A DNA stretch of 64,000 nucleotides from assembly GCA_029865605.1 (NCBI GenBank), contig JAOUGE010000004.1, forward strand, positions 2,562-66,561. Reading direction: 5' to 3'. The DNA comes from Candidatus Berkelbacteria bacterium. Lineage in GTDB: Bacteria > Patescibacteriota > UBA1384 > DTJR01. Under the pieces are notes generated by a model that saw only the letters and a list, made by a program, of their open reading frames with translations, had not been told where the DNA came from and did not search any database. The translations under genes and the position numbers were made by a program. Shown here one piece after another: positions 27,166-37,519 of this stretch. Each line of letters starts with the position of its first letter. Positions within the stretch are counted from its first letter, which is position 1.

Positions 27166-28848
27166 ATGGCCGAAGAATTTGTGGATGCGCGAAAAGAGAG
27201 CGGAGCTAAGAAAATAAGCCCTATCAAGATAACTATAATTGTTCTGGCTGTTATAGCTGTGGGAGCTTTAGGATTTATCGGCTACAGCTTCGCCAAATCA
27301 AAGTATGGCTGGGGCAAAAGTGATGCCTCGCCTACCCCAACCGTCTCGGCGGTTCCTTCGCCCTCACCGACTCCTTCGGTTGTGATGGTAGTTGACGAAG
27401 GCGTGGCTTGGATTAAGCCGCCGGAAAAGCTCGATGACCTGGGCCTTTTTAGCAAGAAAGAAGGCTTTGAAGGTATGGGTGAATACCAAAGCACAGATTA
27501 TTATAAGGTAGCGACGACTACGGAGGGCTCGGAAATTATCACTGCCGTAGTTAATGTTGCCGTTCCCGGCGTGGGAGAAGATATCCACCGTTTTGTCAAA
27601 AGAGGCGGCACTTACTATCGAATCGCTCAAAACAGTTTTAACGAAAACGGCGATATGTACAATTGGGGCGGTTTTCAGCAGGAACAAAACTACGTTCTCA
27701 AATCGCTTTTGAACGAGAAAGTGATAAGCCAGGGCAAAACCGATTTGACCCATTCATTTCTTGGCGGAATTGAAGCTGCCGAAGGGTTTAGCAGCGGTGG
27801 AAAACTTATGTCGACCAAGTGGGGCGAACTTAAGCTCGAGCTTGGCCAGAGCGTTGATGAATCCGATGGGCTTGCTAAAGTCGGCCGCTATTATATCGAG
27901 CTTAATGACTCGACCAAGGCTTATTATCAGCCGAGACCCTCGTTTGCCCGAGACGATAATACCTTTGCCTTGGATTGGATAAAAGACGGCAGCGGGAAGA
28001 ACTTTGAGATGATGAGGGTATCGGGTTGCGGCGGCGCTTTCGGGGCCTTTCCGGTTGTTGTAACTAAGAGTGCTTTGAACAACAAGGTTTTAGCTGGGAC
28101 GAAAGGGGATTCAAAATTCTACACCTTTGAGAACGTTGCCGATGATATTGTTAAATTCGGCTATAAAGTCTACGAGATGGACGGTTTAGGCGGCAAAGAT
28201 GACATTAGCACTTTCGCTTCCAATTTCGGTATCAATCTATGGGTGGATGATCTAAAGACAGACGTTATCTACTCAAACGTGAAATATCTGCCGCAGGTTG
28301 AATGCGCCAAGCCGGTTGTTTATCTCTATCCACAAAAAGAAATGCCGGTAAAGGTTTTAGTCGGGGCTAATATTTCGCAGTCGGATCCGCCTTATGGCGA
28401 GGGCTGGAATGTTGTTGCTAAACCGTCCGGTCAAATAATTTCGGCTGGCAAAGTTTACCCTTATCTATTCTGGGATGGTTTGGGTTTGGGGATGTATCCG
28501 GCCATAAAGTCGGGGGCGGTAGTTGAGAGCTCAAAAGTTAAATCAACGATTACCGGCCAGCTTAAGGAAATTGGTTTAAATCAGAAAGAAATTACTGATT
28601 TTCTCGAGTTCTGGATGCCGAAGATGCCCAGTAGTCCTTATGTTAGATTAACTTGGTTTACCAATGAAGAGCTTGCTGAGCTGGCGCCGCTTAAAGTTAC
28701 ACCAAAGCCGGATTCGGTTATCAGAGTTTTCCTTGACTTTGCCGCTCTTGATAAATCAGTTGCCTTGCCTCCCCAAGTTCTGCCTAAATATGAAAGGAAA
28801 GGTTTCACGGTTGTAGAGTGGGGAGGATTGCTGCGAAGCAGCAGATAA
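27166..28848 (+). CDS. hypothetical secreted/membrane-anchored protein
   Basis: 560 aa with N-terminal TM helix and a Pro/Ser/Thr linker; no recognised family. Confidence 0.45.
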   Translation: MAEEFVDARKESGAKKISPIKITIIVLAVIAVGALGFIGYSFAKSKYGWGKSDASPTPTVSAVPSPSPTPSVVMVVDEGVAWIKPPEKLDDLGLFSKKEGFEGMGEYQSTDYYKVATTTEGSEIITAVVNVAVPGVGEDIHRFVKRGGTYYRIAQNSFNENGDMYNWGGFQQEQNYVLKSLLNEKVISQGKTDLTHSFLGGIEAAEGFSSGGKLMSTKWGELKLELGQSVDESDGLAKVGRYYIELNDSTKAYYQPRPSFARDDNTFALDWIKDGSGKNFEMMRVSGCGGAFGAFPVVVTKSALNNKVLAGTKGDSKFYTFENVADDIVKFGYKVYEMDGLGGKDDISTFASNFGINLWVDDLKTDVIYSNVKYLPQVECAKPVVYLYPQKEMPVKVLVGANISQSDPPYGEGWNVVAKPSGQIISAGKVYPYLFWDGLGLGMYPAIKSGAVVESSKVKSTITGQLKEIGLNQKEITDFLEFWMPKMPSSPYVRLTWFTNEELAELAPLKVTPKPDSVIRVFLDFAALDKSVALPPQVLPKYERKGFTVVEWGGLLRSSR

Positions 28849-28925
28849 ATAAGCTTCGGCTCTTGCACTCGTGACAGATTTAGGGTAGGATTATTTCCGT
28901 CAACTACTAAATGTAGGATTTTTTA

Positions 28926-29759
28926 ATGTCAGTTACTATTCCAACAGTCAAAGAGTTATTCAAGGCCGGGGCACATTTTGGCCATCGAAAGGCCAGAACT
29001 GATGCACGCTCCCAGGAGTATATTTTTACTTACCGCAATAAAGTTGCGGTTATTGACCTTGAGAAAACTCGCGCCGGTCTAGAAAAAGCCTTGGACTTTC
29101 TAGTAAATCAGGCGAAGCAAGGGGCAACGATTTTATTTGTTGGCACTAAAGATCAGGCAAAAGATAAGGTAAAAGAGACCGCCGAAGCCCTAAAGCAGCC
29201 CTATATTGTTTCCCGCTGGCCGGGCGGGCTTTTGACTAATTATAACGAAGTAGCGAAAAGCGTTAAGAAAATGCTCAAGATCGAAAGTAATATTGCCGAA
29301 AACAAATATGAAAACTTAACCAAGAAAGAAAGATTGCTAATTGAGAGGGATTTGAGGAAAAAGCAGACAATTTTCGGCGGTCTTAGGTATCTTGAGCGAA
29401 AACCGGATGCTTTGATCGCAATCGACGCCAAAGAAGAGGAAATTGCTATTAGAGAAGCTAGGGCCTCTGGCATTGCTACTGTGGCCATATGCGATACCAA
29501 TTCAAACCCGAAAATAATTGATTATTGCATTCCGGCAAACGACGATTCCCAACAGGCGATCGAGATTATATTTGGCCTAATTAAGGATACGATTGAGAAA
29601 AACTTCAAACCGAAGGCGTCCGCTGAGGAAAATCTTGAGGGTCGTGTTGATCGGGCCATAAGCAAGAAGGAAGACGTGAAGAAAGAAACGATACCCGCGG
29701 CTAAAAGGGCGGTTGCTAGAAAAGTAACAATGAAGAAAGCAGTAACGGCCAAGAAATAA
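28926..29759 (+). CDS. rpsB: 30S ribosomal protein S2
   Basis: Conserved S2 N-terminus (ELFKAGAHFGHRKARTDARSQEYIFTYRNKVAVIDLEKT) and Lys-rich tail. Confidence 0.9.
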   Translation: MSVTIPTVKELFKAGAHFGHRKARTDARSQEYIFTYRNKVAVIDLEKTRAGLEKALDFLVNQAKQGATILFVGTKDQAKDKVKETAEALKQPYIVSRWPGGLLTNYNEVAKSVKKMLKIESNIAENKYENLTKKERLLIERDLRKKQTIFGGLRYLERKPDALIAIDAKEEEIAIREARASGIATVAICDTNSNPKIIDYCIPANDDSQQAIEIIFGLIKDTIEKNFKPKASAEENLEGRVDRAISKKEDVKKETIPAAKRAVARKVTMKKAVTAKK

Positions 29760-29763
29760 TCCT

Positions 29764-30207
29764 ATGGAAAAAATAAAAAAACTACGTGAAAAAACCGGTG
29801 CCGGCGTAATGGATATCAAGAAAGCTCTTGACGAAACCGGCGGCGATGAAAAGAAAGCCGAGAAAGTTCTTAAAGCTAGAGGCGTTGAAATTGTCGAGAA
29901 AAAATCAAGCCGCGCCACATCGCAAGGGCTAATTGATTCTTATGTCCATTTTGGCAAGATCGGGGTTTTAGTTGAGATTAGCTGCGAAACCGATTTTGTC
30001 GCTCGGAATGAGGATTTCAAGAAATTTGTTCACGAGGTTGCTCTTCAGATAGCAGCTTCCGAGGCAAAAACAGTTGAGCAACTATTGAAAGAAGAATATT
30101 TTAAAGAGCCTGGTACAACGATTGAGGATCTTCTTAGGGGCGCAATCGCCAAAATCGGCGAAAATATTAAGATAAAAAGATTTACCAAGTACTCTCTGGG
30201 GGAATAA
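29764..30207 (+). CDS. tsf: elongation factor Ts (short form)
   Basis: UBA-like N-terminus (KLREKTGAGVMDIKKALDETGGDEKKAEKVL) and core GKIGVLVEISCETDFVARNEDF; only 147 aa. Confidence 0.8.
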   Translation: MEKIKKLREKTGAGVMDIKKALDETGGDEKKAEKVLKARGVEIVEKKSSRATSQGLIDSYVHFGKIGVLVEISCETDFVARNEDFKKFVHEVALQIAASEAKTVEQLLKEEYFKEPGTTIEDLLRGAIAKIGENIKIKRFTKYSLGE

Positions 30208-30225
30208 GGGTCGCTCACCGCTTGA

Positions 30226-30384
30226 CACGAAGATACGCTTGGATTATTAGCGGGTTCCACCCCGCGAAGCCCAGCAGAAAAAGCCCGTTCTTGAGAGAAT
30301 TCTCGCGTTCCACCTGCTCGAAGCGGCTTGCTCGTCCCGCCACAGGCGGAACACCGGCTCGCTTCGCCTGCGAATGATCTTCTT
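30226..30384. repeat. dispersed ~150-nt intergenic repeat, copy 2
   Basis: About 90% identical to 1522-1672 over the core. Hairpin GTCCCGCC-aca-GGCGGAAC shows a compensatory change relative to copy 1. Preceded by CTTGACAC-17-TATTAG, a promoter-like arrangement. Confidence 0.6.
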
Positions 30385-30481
30385 GAGCTGTGCGGTTTGC
30401 TTAAGTTCTAATTATTTTTGTCTCCTTTAGCAACTTTGATTTTTCGGCGGGAATCAGCTAAATTAAAAGAGAGGTGAAGAT

Positions 30482-31039
30482 ATGTATCAGCAGGAGATAA
30501 AAACACTAAAACAGAAATTCGATCAGATAGCCGGCCGGCTTAGCGAGGATTTGGCAACGGTTAGGACGGGGCGCGCTTCGACTTCGTTGGTTGAAAATAT
30601 TACTGTCAGTTATTATGGTTCGACTGCACCGCTCAAACAAATGGCGACTCTCTCAACACCTGACCCAAGCCAAATTGTTATTCAGCCTTGGGACAAGAAT
30701 TCTCTGGGTGATATTGAGCTGGCAATTAGAAACTCGGACTTGAATCTATCGCCCGTAAATGACGGCAACGCGGTGAGGGTTGTCCTGCCGCCGATGACCC
30801 AAGAAAGGCGCGATGAATTAATAAGAAATATTCACCGAAAAGGCGAGGAAGCGCGGGTGGCTTTGAGGTCAGTTAGGCAGGATTCCTGGGAGAAAGTAAA
30901 AAAAATGGAGAAGGACAAAAAGATTACTGAAGACGACCGTTATGCTGCAGAAAAAGAATTGAATGAATTGATTGACAGTTACAACCAAAAGGTCGAGGAG
31001 GCGATTGTTAATAAGGAGAAAGAACTAAGAAGTATCTGA
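30482..31039 (+). CDS. frr: ribosome recycling factor
   Basis: 185 aa matching the Frr fold (VRTGRASTSLVENITVSYYGSTAPLKQMATLSTPD...). Confidence 0.85.
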   Translation: MYQQEIKTLKQKFDQIAGRLSEDLATVRTGRASTSLVENITVSYYGSTAPLKQMATLSTPDPSQIVIQPWDKNSLGDIELAIRNSDLNLSPVNDGNAVRVVLPPMTQERRDELIRNIHRKGEEARVALRSVRQDSWEKVKKMEKDKKITEDDRYAAEKELNELIDSYNQKVEEAIVNKEKELRSI

Positions 31040-31045
31040 CTTATT

Positions 31046-32098
31046 ATGCTCGTTTTAACTATTCTTGCTTTTGTCATTGTCTTAAGCCTTTTAGTTTTTG
31101 TTCATGAATTTGGCCATTTTGTCATGGCGCGGCTTTCCAAAATTAAAGTTGAGGAATTCGCCTTTGGTTTTCCGCCGAGACTCATCTCAATGAAGCGCGG
31201 CGAAACGCGCTATAGTATTAATCTCATCCCTTTCGGCGGTTATGTGAAAATGCTCGGTGAAGATAAGTCAAATCCTTCACCGGATTCTTTCAGCCAGAAG
31301 AAACCGCGAGTACGTTTTTCTGTTATTGTTGCTGGGGTTGTAATGAATATTGTTTTAGCTGGGGTTTTGTTTTCGGCAGGCTATATGATGGGAATGGCGC
31401 CGGTAAGACTCGATCCGAATGCTTTGGGAGGGCAAAAAAGTTTCGAAGTAGTGGTGGCCGAAGTTGTCGGGGGCTCCCCGGCTGCTTCTGCAGGATTAGA
31501 GCGCGGTGATTCTATCTTGGGCTTTGCTTCAAGTGAAGAATTTAGCAAATTTACCCACTCCAACTTGGGCCGTGAAGTATACTTTTCGGTTAAAAAGGAC
31601 GGACGGGTACAGGAGATGACAGTTAAGCTTTCAGATAGTGAATCTACTCCCTTTGGCGTGGGCGTGGTATCTTTACCGATTGTTAAACTCCCATTTTTTA
31701 GTGCTGTATATGCAGGATTTAAGGAAATGCTCTATACAACAGGTTATATTTTCGTAATGCTAAAGGATTTAATCGTTAATTTGTTTAAGGAACATAAAGT
31801 AACAGAGCAAGTCGCGGGACCGGTTGGCATCTTTAATCTGACTGGGCAAGCAGTCAAAATGGGAATAGTTTATCTTATCCAGCTAGCAGCAATCCTTTCT
31901 ATTAATCTCGGTCTCATCAATATCCTTCCCTTTCCGGCTTTGGACGGAGGCAGAGCCGTTGTTGTTCTAGCTGAAGGTATTTTCCGCCGCAGGGTGGTAA
32001 AGGAAGAGATCGAGAATTTCTTTCATACTCTAGGTTTTGTACTTTTGATGGCCCTGATCGTCTTAATTACGTTTAAGGAGTTAAGAGCCTTGTTTTAG
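31046..32098 (+). CDS. site-2 protease, RseP-like M50 metalloprotease with PDZ
   Basis: HEFGHFVMAR HExxH in TM1, PDZ segment, LDGG motif in a late TM. Confidence 0.8.
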   Translation: MLVLTILAFVIVLSLLVFVHEFGHFVMARLSKIKVEEFAFGFPPRLISMKRGETRYSINLIPFGGYVKMLGEDKSNPSPDSFSQKKPRVRFSVIVAGVVMNIVLAGVLFSAGYMMGMAPVRLDPNALGGQKSFEVVVAEVVGGSPAASAGLERGDSILGFASSEEFSKFTHSNLGREVYFSVKKDGRVQEMTVKLSDSESTPFGVGVVSLPIVKLPFFSAVYAGFKEMLYTTGYIFVMLKDLIVNLFKEHKVTEQVAGPVGIFNLTGQAVKMGIVYLIQLAAILSINLGLINILPFPALDGGRAVVVLAEGIFRRRVVKEEIENFFHTLGFVLLMALIVLITFKELRALF

Positions 32099-32163
32099 TC
32101 CCCCCGTTTTTTAAATACTGTATACTAAAGTTAACAGGAGGGCTTATAGATTATCCTCTCATC

Positions 32164-32955
32164 GTGGGGAACTGGAAAATGAATTGCGCTTTACCCGAAG
32201 CTTTAGTTCTCGCTGGCCGAATTTCAAAGTCAGTTGAAGGGATTAAGCACCTCGAGGTCGTTTTGTGCCCTCCCAGCGTTTATATCTATTCGATTTTTGA
32301 TTATCTTAAGGCGAAACCCTTGAACTTATTTTTTGGCATTCAGAATACAATGTGGGAAGAAGAAGGTGAGTATACGGGAGAAACCTCGCTTCTTTTCGTT
32401 AAGGGTATTTGCCGCTATGTTATTTTGGGACATTCGGAGAGGCGGCACAAGTTTTCCGAGACGGATCAAGAGGTAAACAAAAAAGTGGTTTTTGCCCTTA
32501 AGTATAATTTCTTGCCGATTATTTGTGTTGGCGAAGAGGAAAGATTTCATCTCGAGGATCATTTCAAAACCGAGGTCGAAAGAATGAAGCGCCAAGGAGG
32601 GATTATTTCACAGATCGATAATGCTTTACTCGGCGTTTCTGTCGGAGAATTAAAGAATGTTGTTATCGCTTATGAGCCGGTTTGGGCTATAGGTACTGGT
32701 AACGAAGCGACTGGTGCTTACGCTGCTTCTATCTGCTATATAATAAAATCTTACTTAGCTGAAAAATACGGAGAGGATATTGCTAAAGACATAAAAATCC
32801 TTTACGGTGGTTCTACAAATTCGAGAAATACAAAGGAGTATATGCTCCAGCCTTCAATTGATGGACTTTTAGTTGGGGGTTCCTCTCTGAAAGCGGCAGA
32901 ATTTATCAAAATGTGCCAAACCATATCCGAGGTGAAAAGTGGCCGAGCTATCTAA
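32164..32955 (+). CDS. tpiA: triosephosphate isomerase
   Basis: GNWKMN at the N-terminus (GTG start), catalytic ILGHSERR and AYEPVWAIGTG. Confidence 0.85.
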   Translation: MGNWKMNCALPEALVLAGRISKSVEGIKHLEVVLCPPSVYIYSIFDYLKAKPLNLFFGIQNTMWEEEGEYTGETSLLFVKGICRYVILGHSERRHKFSETDQEVNKKVVFALKYNFLPIICVGEEERFHLEDHFKTEVERMKRQGGIISQIDNALLGVSVGELKNVVIAYEPVWAIGTGNEATGAYAASICYIIKSYLAEKYGEDIAKDIKILYGGSTNSRNTKEYMLQPSIDGLLVGGSSLKAAEFIKMCQTISEVKSGRAI

Positions 32956-34063
32956 AAGGATTGTAAGAGTCCCCCCGCACCGCCAAATTTCCAAAGCTGA
33001 CTTTCGCTTAAAGCGTGTTCTAATCAGGTTTGATCTAAATGTTCCGGTTGAAAAAGGCGAGGTTCAGGATGAAAAAAGGATAGAAGCGGCAATGCCCACT
33101 CTTAAGAAGGTTATGGAGAGAGGGGCAAAGGAGATTATCGTCATCAGCCACCTGGGGAGGCCGGAGGGTAAAAGACGGGATGAATTTTCACTTAGACCGG
33201 TCGCTCAAATAATCGCTAAAAGGTTGAGATCAAGAGTCAAACCAAAGAAAATTGAAACCGAAATAGATAGCCCGGCGCTAAAAGAATATTTTGAATTAAC
33301 CCCTCGAGTGAAATTATTTGAGAACCTGCGTTTTGATCCGGGTGAGGAAAGTAATTCTGCCTCTTTTGCAAAAAAATTGGCCTCTCTGGCTGATATTTTT
33401 GTTCAAGATGCTTTTGCTAATATTCACCGCGAGCATACTTCGATGGTTGGGCTGCCGGAATTGCTCCCGACCTATGCGGGTTTATTGCTAGAAAAAGAAG
33501 TTTATCATCTGATGAAGATCTTGAACAATCCCGACCGGCCTTTTGTTACGCTAATTGGCGGAGCGAAAGTAGCTGATAAATTGCCGATAATAGAAGCTTT
33601 TTCGAAGATTGCCGAGGCAGTTCTGGTAGCGGGCAAAACAGCTAATGAGTATATTCTTGAGGGGCATCCGAGAACGGGGGATATTTACCTGCCGACAGAT
33701 GGGATAAGTAAGCTCGGATCAATTGTGCCGATCAATGAACAGACCTTAAAGTCTGGCATTTTTGATGTTGGACCTCAAACAATAATGCTTTATAAAAGCA
33801 TTCTGGCTTCGGCGAAGACTATTTTCTGGAACGGAAATCTTGGGATGACTGAGAACAAGCGCTTTATCCACGGAACGTATGAGATTGCCCGTTTTATCGG
33901 CAAGCTTAAGGCTCATAAGGTCGCTTCCGGTGGGAACACAGATGAGGTAATCTCTGCGCTTAATCTTACTGATCAATATAGTTTTGTTTCAACCGGTGGC
34001 GGAGCAACGAGCGATTTTATCGCCGGCAAGAAATTACTTGCCCTCGAGTTGTTGCTTAGATGA
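32939..34063 (+). CDS. pgk: phosphoglycerate kinase
   Basis: RVLIRFDLNVP, LENLRFDPGEE and hinge/C-domain motifs; overlaps the tpiA end. Confidence 0.85.
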   Translation: MAELSKRIVRVPPHRQISKADFRLKRVLIRFDLNVPVEKGEVQDEKRIEAAMPTLKKVMERGAKEIIVISHLGRPEGKRRDEFSLRPVAQIIAKRLRSRVKPKKIETEIDSPALKEYFELTPRVKLFENLRFDPGEESNSASFAKKLASLADIFVQDAFANIHREHTSMVGLPELLPTYAGLLLEKEVYHLMKILNNPDRPFVTLIGGAKVADKLPIIEAFSKIAEAVLVAGKTANEYILEGHPRTGDIYLPTDGISKLGSIVPINEQTLKSGIFDVGPQTIMLYKSILASAKTIFWNGNLGMTENKRFIHGTYEIARFIGKLKAHKVASGGNTDEVISALNLTDQYSFVSTGGGATSDFIAGKKLLALELLLR

Positions 34064-34077
34064 ATTAAGGGGCGGAT

Positions 34078-34911
34078 ATGAAACTACAGGAATTGGTTGA
34101 AAAAGCTTATAAAGAGCGTTTTAGCGTTGCTGGCTTTAATGTTTATAATTTAGAGTCGGCTAAGGCGGCCGCTCGGGCAGCCGATGTGACCGGGAAGCCG
34201 GCTCTTTTAATGACAACAGAAAATGCTCTCGAATATGCTGGCTTTGGGCAGCTGGTGGCGATTGTTTTGAGGATTAAAAAGGATGCAAAAACCCCAATAT
34301 TTTTGCATTATGATCATGGAACAAGCGTGGATCTTTTGAAATTAGCGATGAAGAGCAGTTACGATTCGGTAATGTTTGACGGATCGAAGCTGCCGATTGA
34401 CCAAAACATTATGCTCTCGAAAGAGCTTCGCAAATTGGCCCATTCTAAAGGAGTGGTTTTTGAAGCGGAAATTGGCCGGGTCGGCGGCGAGGAAGAAAAT
34501 ATTAGATCGGAGGAATTTAAGACTAATCCTCCCGAAGCTTTGAGGTTCTACAACGAAGTAAAGCCCGATATGCTAGCGGTAGCAATTGGCAATATCCACG
34601 GGCGAGAAACCTCAGCCGAACATCTCGACTTTTCTCTTCTTGCTAAAATTCAGGATTTGGTTAAGTGCCCCCTGGTTTTACATGGTTGCTCGAACAGAAA
34701 TCCGCGCGAATACCAAGTAGCGGTTTCTCAAGGAGTAGTCAAAATTAATATCGATACAGAGCTTAGAGAAGCTTTCGTCGATGGGTTAAAAAGAGCATTG
34801 CATAAAAAGGAAACAAACCCGCGCAAAATTTTAAGTTATGCTTCAGATGAAGTGACGAAGTGCGCCAAAGAAAAAATCGAGATTTTTTCGTGTTCCAAGT
34901 TGCATTGCTAA
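34078..34911 (+). CDS. fba: class II fructose-bisphosphate aldolase family protein
   Basis: AGFNVYNLE, HYDHG and metal-binding His pattern of class II aldolases; 277 aa. Confidence 0.75.
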   Translation: MKLQELVEKAYKERFSVAGFNVYNLESAKAAARAADVTGKPALLMTTENALEYAGFGQLVAIVLRIKKDAKTPIFLHYDHGTSVDLLKLAMKSSYDSVMFDGSKLPIDQNIMLSKELRKLAHSKGVVFEAEIGRVGGEEENIRSEEFKTNPPEALRFYNEVKPDMLAVAIGNIHGRETSAEHLDFSLLAKIQDLVKCPLVLHGCSNRNPREYQVAVSQGVVKINIDTELREAFVDGLKRALHKKETNPRKILSYASDEVTKCAKEKIEIFSCSKLHC

Positions 34912-34953
34912 GTATTGATTGTAAAAGATCTTTTTTGTATACTATGCTCGGAT

Positions 34954-35416
34954 GCGCCTTGGCGGGACACCCCTTCCACCCTGAAAGGGGGTGGTTGCCG
35001 TGGGCAGTCGAGCTTTTGTCTATGCCTGGATGGAGGTAGATGGTGGGCAAGGCGATCCCCGCCGGCTCTCGCGCGAGGCCTTGATCGGCAAGATCGAGGC
35101 GGGCGAGAAAGGCTGGGCAGTAGTGTCGTACTTTCTGCCCGGCGGGGACGAGCTGCGGGCCACTTTGAGTCTGACCATCGCTCGATCGGATGACGCAGGC
35201 GTTGGGCTTGTCCGAATTGCGCCGGGCGACACCGCGCAGTTCCCGATTGGGAGGGTTATTGTCCCGCGAGATTCACTCGAGCTGTTTGTTGGTCTCGCCG
35301 AGGCAGAGCTTGCCAAGGCGTGCCAAACCGTCGAAGGGAGGACGTTGCCAAGTGAAGAGGAGCTCGCCCCTGTGGGGGCAGATGCAGCCTAGTGCGCGAC
35401 GTACCCCGCCAAGGCG
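34954..35416. other. GC-rich (~70%) island bounded by 13-bp perfect inverted repeats, containing a 133-aa ORF
   Basis: GCGCCTTGGCGGG (34954-34966) and CCCGCCAAGGCGC (35404-35416) are exact reverse complements. Composition contrasts sharply with the ~40% GC flanks. A terminal hairpin lies at 35433-35473. Confidence 0.5.
34991..35392 (+). CDS. hypothetical protein encoded within GC-rich island (GTG start)
   Basis: Protein-like composition (not low-complexity). Other frames are also open because of high GC, so the coding call is tentative. Confidence 0.35.
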   Translation: MVAVGSRAFVYAWMEVDGGQGDPRRLSREALIGKIEAGEKGWAVVSYFLPGGDELRATLSLTIARSDDAGVGLVRIAPGDTAQFPIGRVIVPRDSLELFVGLAEAELAKACQTVEGRTLPSEEELAPVGADAA

Positions 35417-35682
35417 CAGCACTCATCCATTCCGTGGCTCCGGCCGTCCATTGCAGGACATTAGCCGGAGCCACATCTCGTTTATTGTGCACCAGGTAGT
35501 GAAAATTTGATATTTTTTCGCTGTGAAATAATTTTTAGCAACCCAAAAAAGCTAGTTCGCAAATCCTATTTTTATTTCTCGGTCAGCTTTGAAAAAAATG
35601 ATATTTCATTTATCAAATTTCTACTACCTGGGAACTTGATAAAAATCCCTCTTTTGCTATACTCTCCAGAGTTGGAGTAAAT

Positions 35683-36879
35683 ATGCCATCTCAAAAAAAA
35701 GAACTGTCAAAAAACAGGATAAAGCTTAGCATCACTGTCCCGCCTCAGGTAATGAGCGATTTTTTTGAAAAGGAATACGGGCGGCTTGCCCCGACCGTTT
35801 CGCTTTCTGGCTTTAGGCCGGGTAAGGCGCCGCGGGTGATGACAATCGAAGCGATCGGCCATAATCGTCTCTCTCAAGGCGCGGTCACAGCCGCAATTGA
35901 TCGGTCCTATCGCGAGGCTCTTTTGGAGCATAAAACCTATCCCGTCACTCAGCCCTCAATATCTATATCGAAGCATCCTTCCTTTGATCTTAAATCTGGC
36001 GATAATGAGCTGGCCTACGAAGTTGAATTTGATATTTTGCCCGAGGCGAAGATCGGAAATTATAAGAAGATTAAAGTACCAAAAATCGATGCCGAAAAGC
36101 TGAAGGTTACACAGGATGAGGTTGAACAGGTCGTTAAATATCTTTTGCGTCAGCAGGCAAAACTCACCGATTTAGATCGCCCAGCGAAAAAAGGGGACTG
36201 GGCTCAAGTTAATTTCAAAGGTTATCTGAAGGGTGTTTATAAAGAGAAGCTCTCAAGTCCAAGCCTGCCTCTTGTTTTGGGCGAAACCAAAGTGATTCCC
36301 GGTTTCGAGGATCAGATTGTCGGTATGAAAAAAGATGAGAACAAAAAATTCACTTTAGCTTTCCCAAAGGATTTTCAGGATAAGGAATTTGCTTCAAAGT
36401 CAGTCGATTTTGAATTGCATCTTGAGCAATTAAAGGAAATTGGATTGCCGGAAGCTGATAAGGAATTTGCTAAAAAGTTTGGTCACGATAATCTTGAAAA
36501 AATGAAGAGAGCCATTAGAGAGGGTCTGGAAAAAGAAAAATTGGACCGCGAAAAGCAGACTCAAAGAGCAGCCATCTCAGGACAGATTATAAAGATGACC
36601 AATGTTAGCATCCCCAAATCCCTAATTGATAATGAAGCCGCCCGCCTAAAATCTCTTTTAGAGCAGGATCTAACTAAACAGGGGCTTTCGGTTGAAAAAT
36701 ATTTGGAAAGAACCAAAATGGATCAGAAGCGTTTTGATCGAGATCTTGAAGAGCAGGCGAAGCGTAATATTACCTTAGGCGTCGGCTTGGGTGAGGTTGG
36801 CAAAAAAGAGGGAATGAACCTGGCGCATGACTCGGCGGAAAAGGTATATGAGAGAATAATCGAACTTTGTACTAGATAG
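35683..36879 (+). CDS. tig: trigger factor
   Basis: N-terminal ribosome-binding motif region (GFRPGKAPR), PPIase middle domain, 398 aa. Confidence 0.85.
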   Translation: MPSQKKELSKNRIKLSITVPPQVMSDFFEKEYGRLAPTVSLSGFRPGKAPRVMTIEAIGHNRLSQGAVTAAIDRSYREALLEHKTYPVTQPSISISKHPSFDLKSGDNELAYEVEFDILPEAKIGNYKKIKVPKIDAEKLKVTQDEVEQVVKYLLRQQAKLTDLDRPAKKGDWAQVNFKGYLKGVYKEKLSSPSLPLVLGETKVIPGFEDQIVGMKKDENKKFTLAFPKDFQDKEFASKSVDFELHLEQLKEIGLPEADKEFAKKFGHDNLEKMKRAIREGLEKEKLDREKQTQRAAISGQIIKMTNVSIPKSLIDNEAARLKSLLEQDLTKQGLSVEKYLERTKMDQKRFDRDLEEQAKRNITLGVGLGEVGKKEGMNLAHDSAEKVYERIIELCTR

Positions 36880-36937
36880 TGTAAAGAGTTCTTGACATTT
36901 AACCTGAAAATTGCTTTAATTTTTCTAAGGAGTTAAT

Positions 36938-37519
36938 ATGTCATATTTGATCCCAACTGTTATCGAGAAGTCACAATTTGGTGAACGCGCTTACGATATT
37001 TACTCAAGGCTTTTAAAAGACAGAATTGTTTTTTTGGGCGGAGCGATTGATGACGATGTGGCTAATATTGTTATTGCCCAGCTTCTATTTTTACAATCTG
37101 AATCCGATAAAGAAGATATAAAGCTCTATGTTAATTCGCCCGGCGGAACGGTAACGGCCGCTTTAGCGATTTATGATACGATGCAGCATGTCAAACCTGA
37201 TGTTTCGACTGTTTGCGTTGGACAGGCGGCTTCTGGCGCGGCGCTTCTTTTAGCCGGAGGCAAAAAGAGCAAGCGATTTGCTTTGCCTCACGCAAGAGTT
37301 ATGATTCACCAACCCTTGGGGGGAGTTGAGGGCCAAGCCACCGATATAAAAATTCACGCTGAGGAAATATTAAAAACCAAGGATCGCCTGAATGAACTTT
37401 TGTCTAAAGCGACTGGCAAAGGAAAAAAGCAAATTGAGCAAGATACCGAGCGCGACAGGTTTTTGACGGCTGAAGAAGCCAAAGCCTACGGAATTGTAGA
37501 TAAAGTGATTTCGAAATGA
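36938..37519 (+). CDS. clpP: ATP-dependent Clp protease proteolytic subunit
   Basis: Ser-His-Asp triad context ([19 protein letters not shown]), 193 aa. Confidence 0.9.
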   Translation: MSYLIPTVIEKSQFGERAYDIYSRLLKDRIVFLGGAIDDDVANIVIAQLLFLQSESDKEDIKLYVNSPGGTVTAALAIYDTMQHVKPDVSTVCVGQAASGAALLLAGGKKSKRFALPHARVMIHQPLGGVEGQATDIKIHAEEILKTKDRLNELLSKATGKGKKQIEQDTERDRFLTAEEAKAYGIVDKVISK

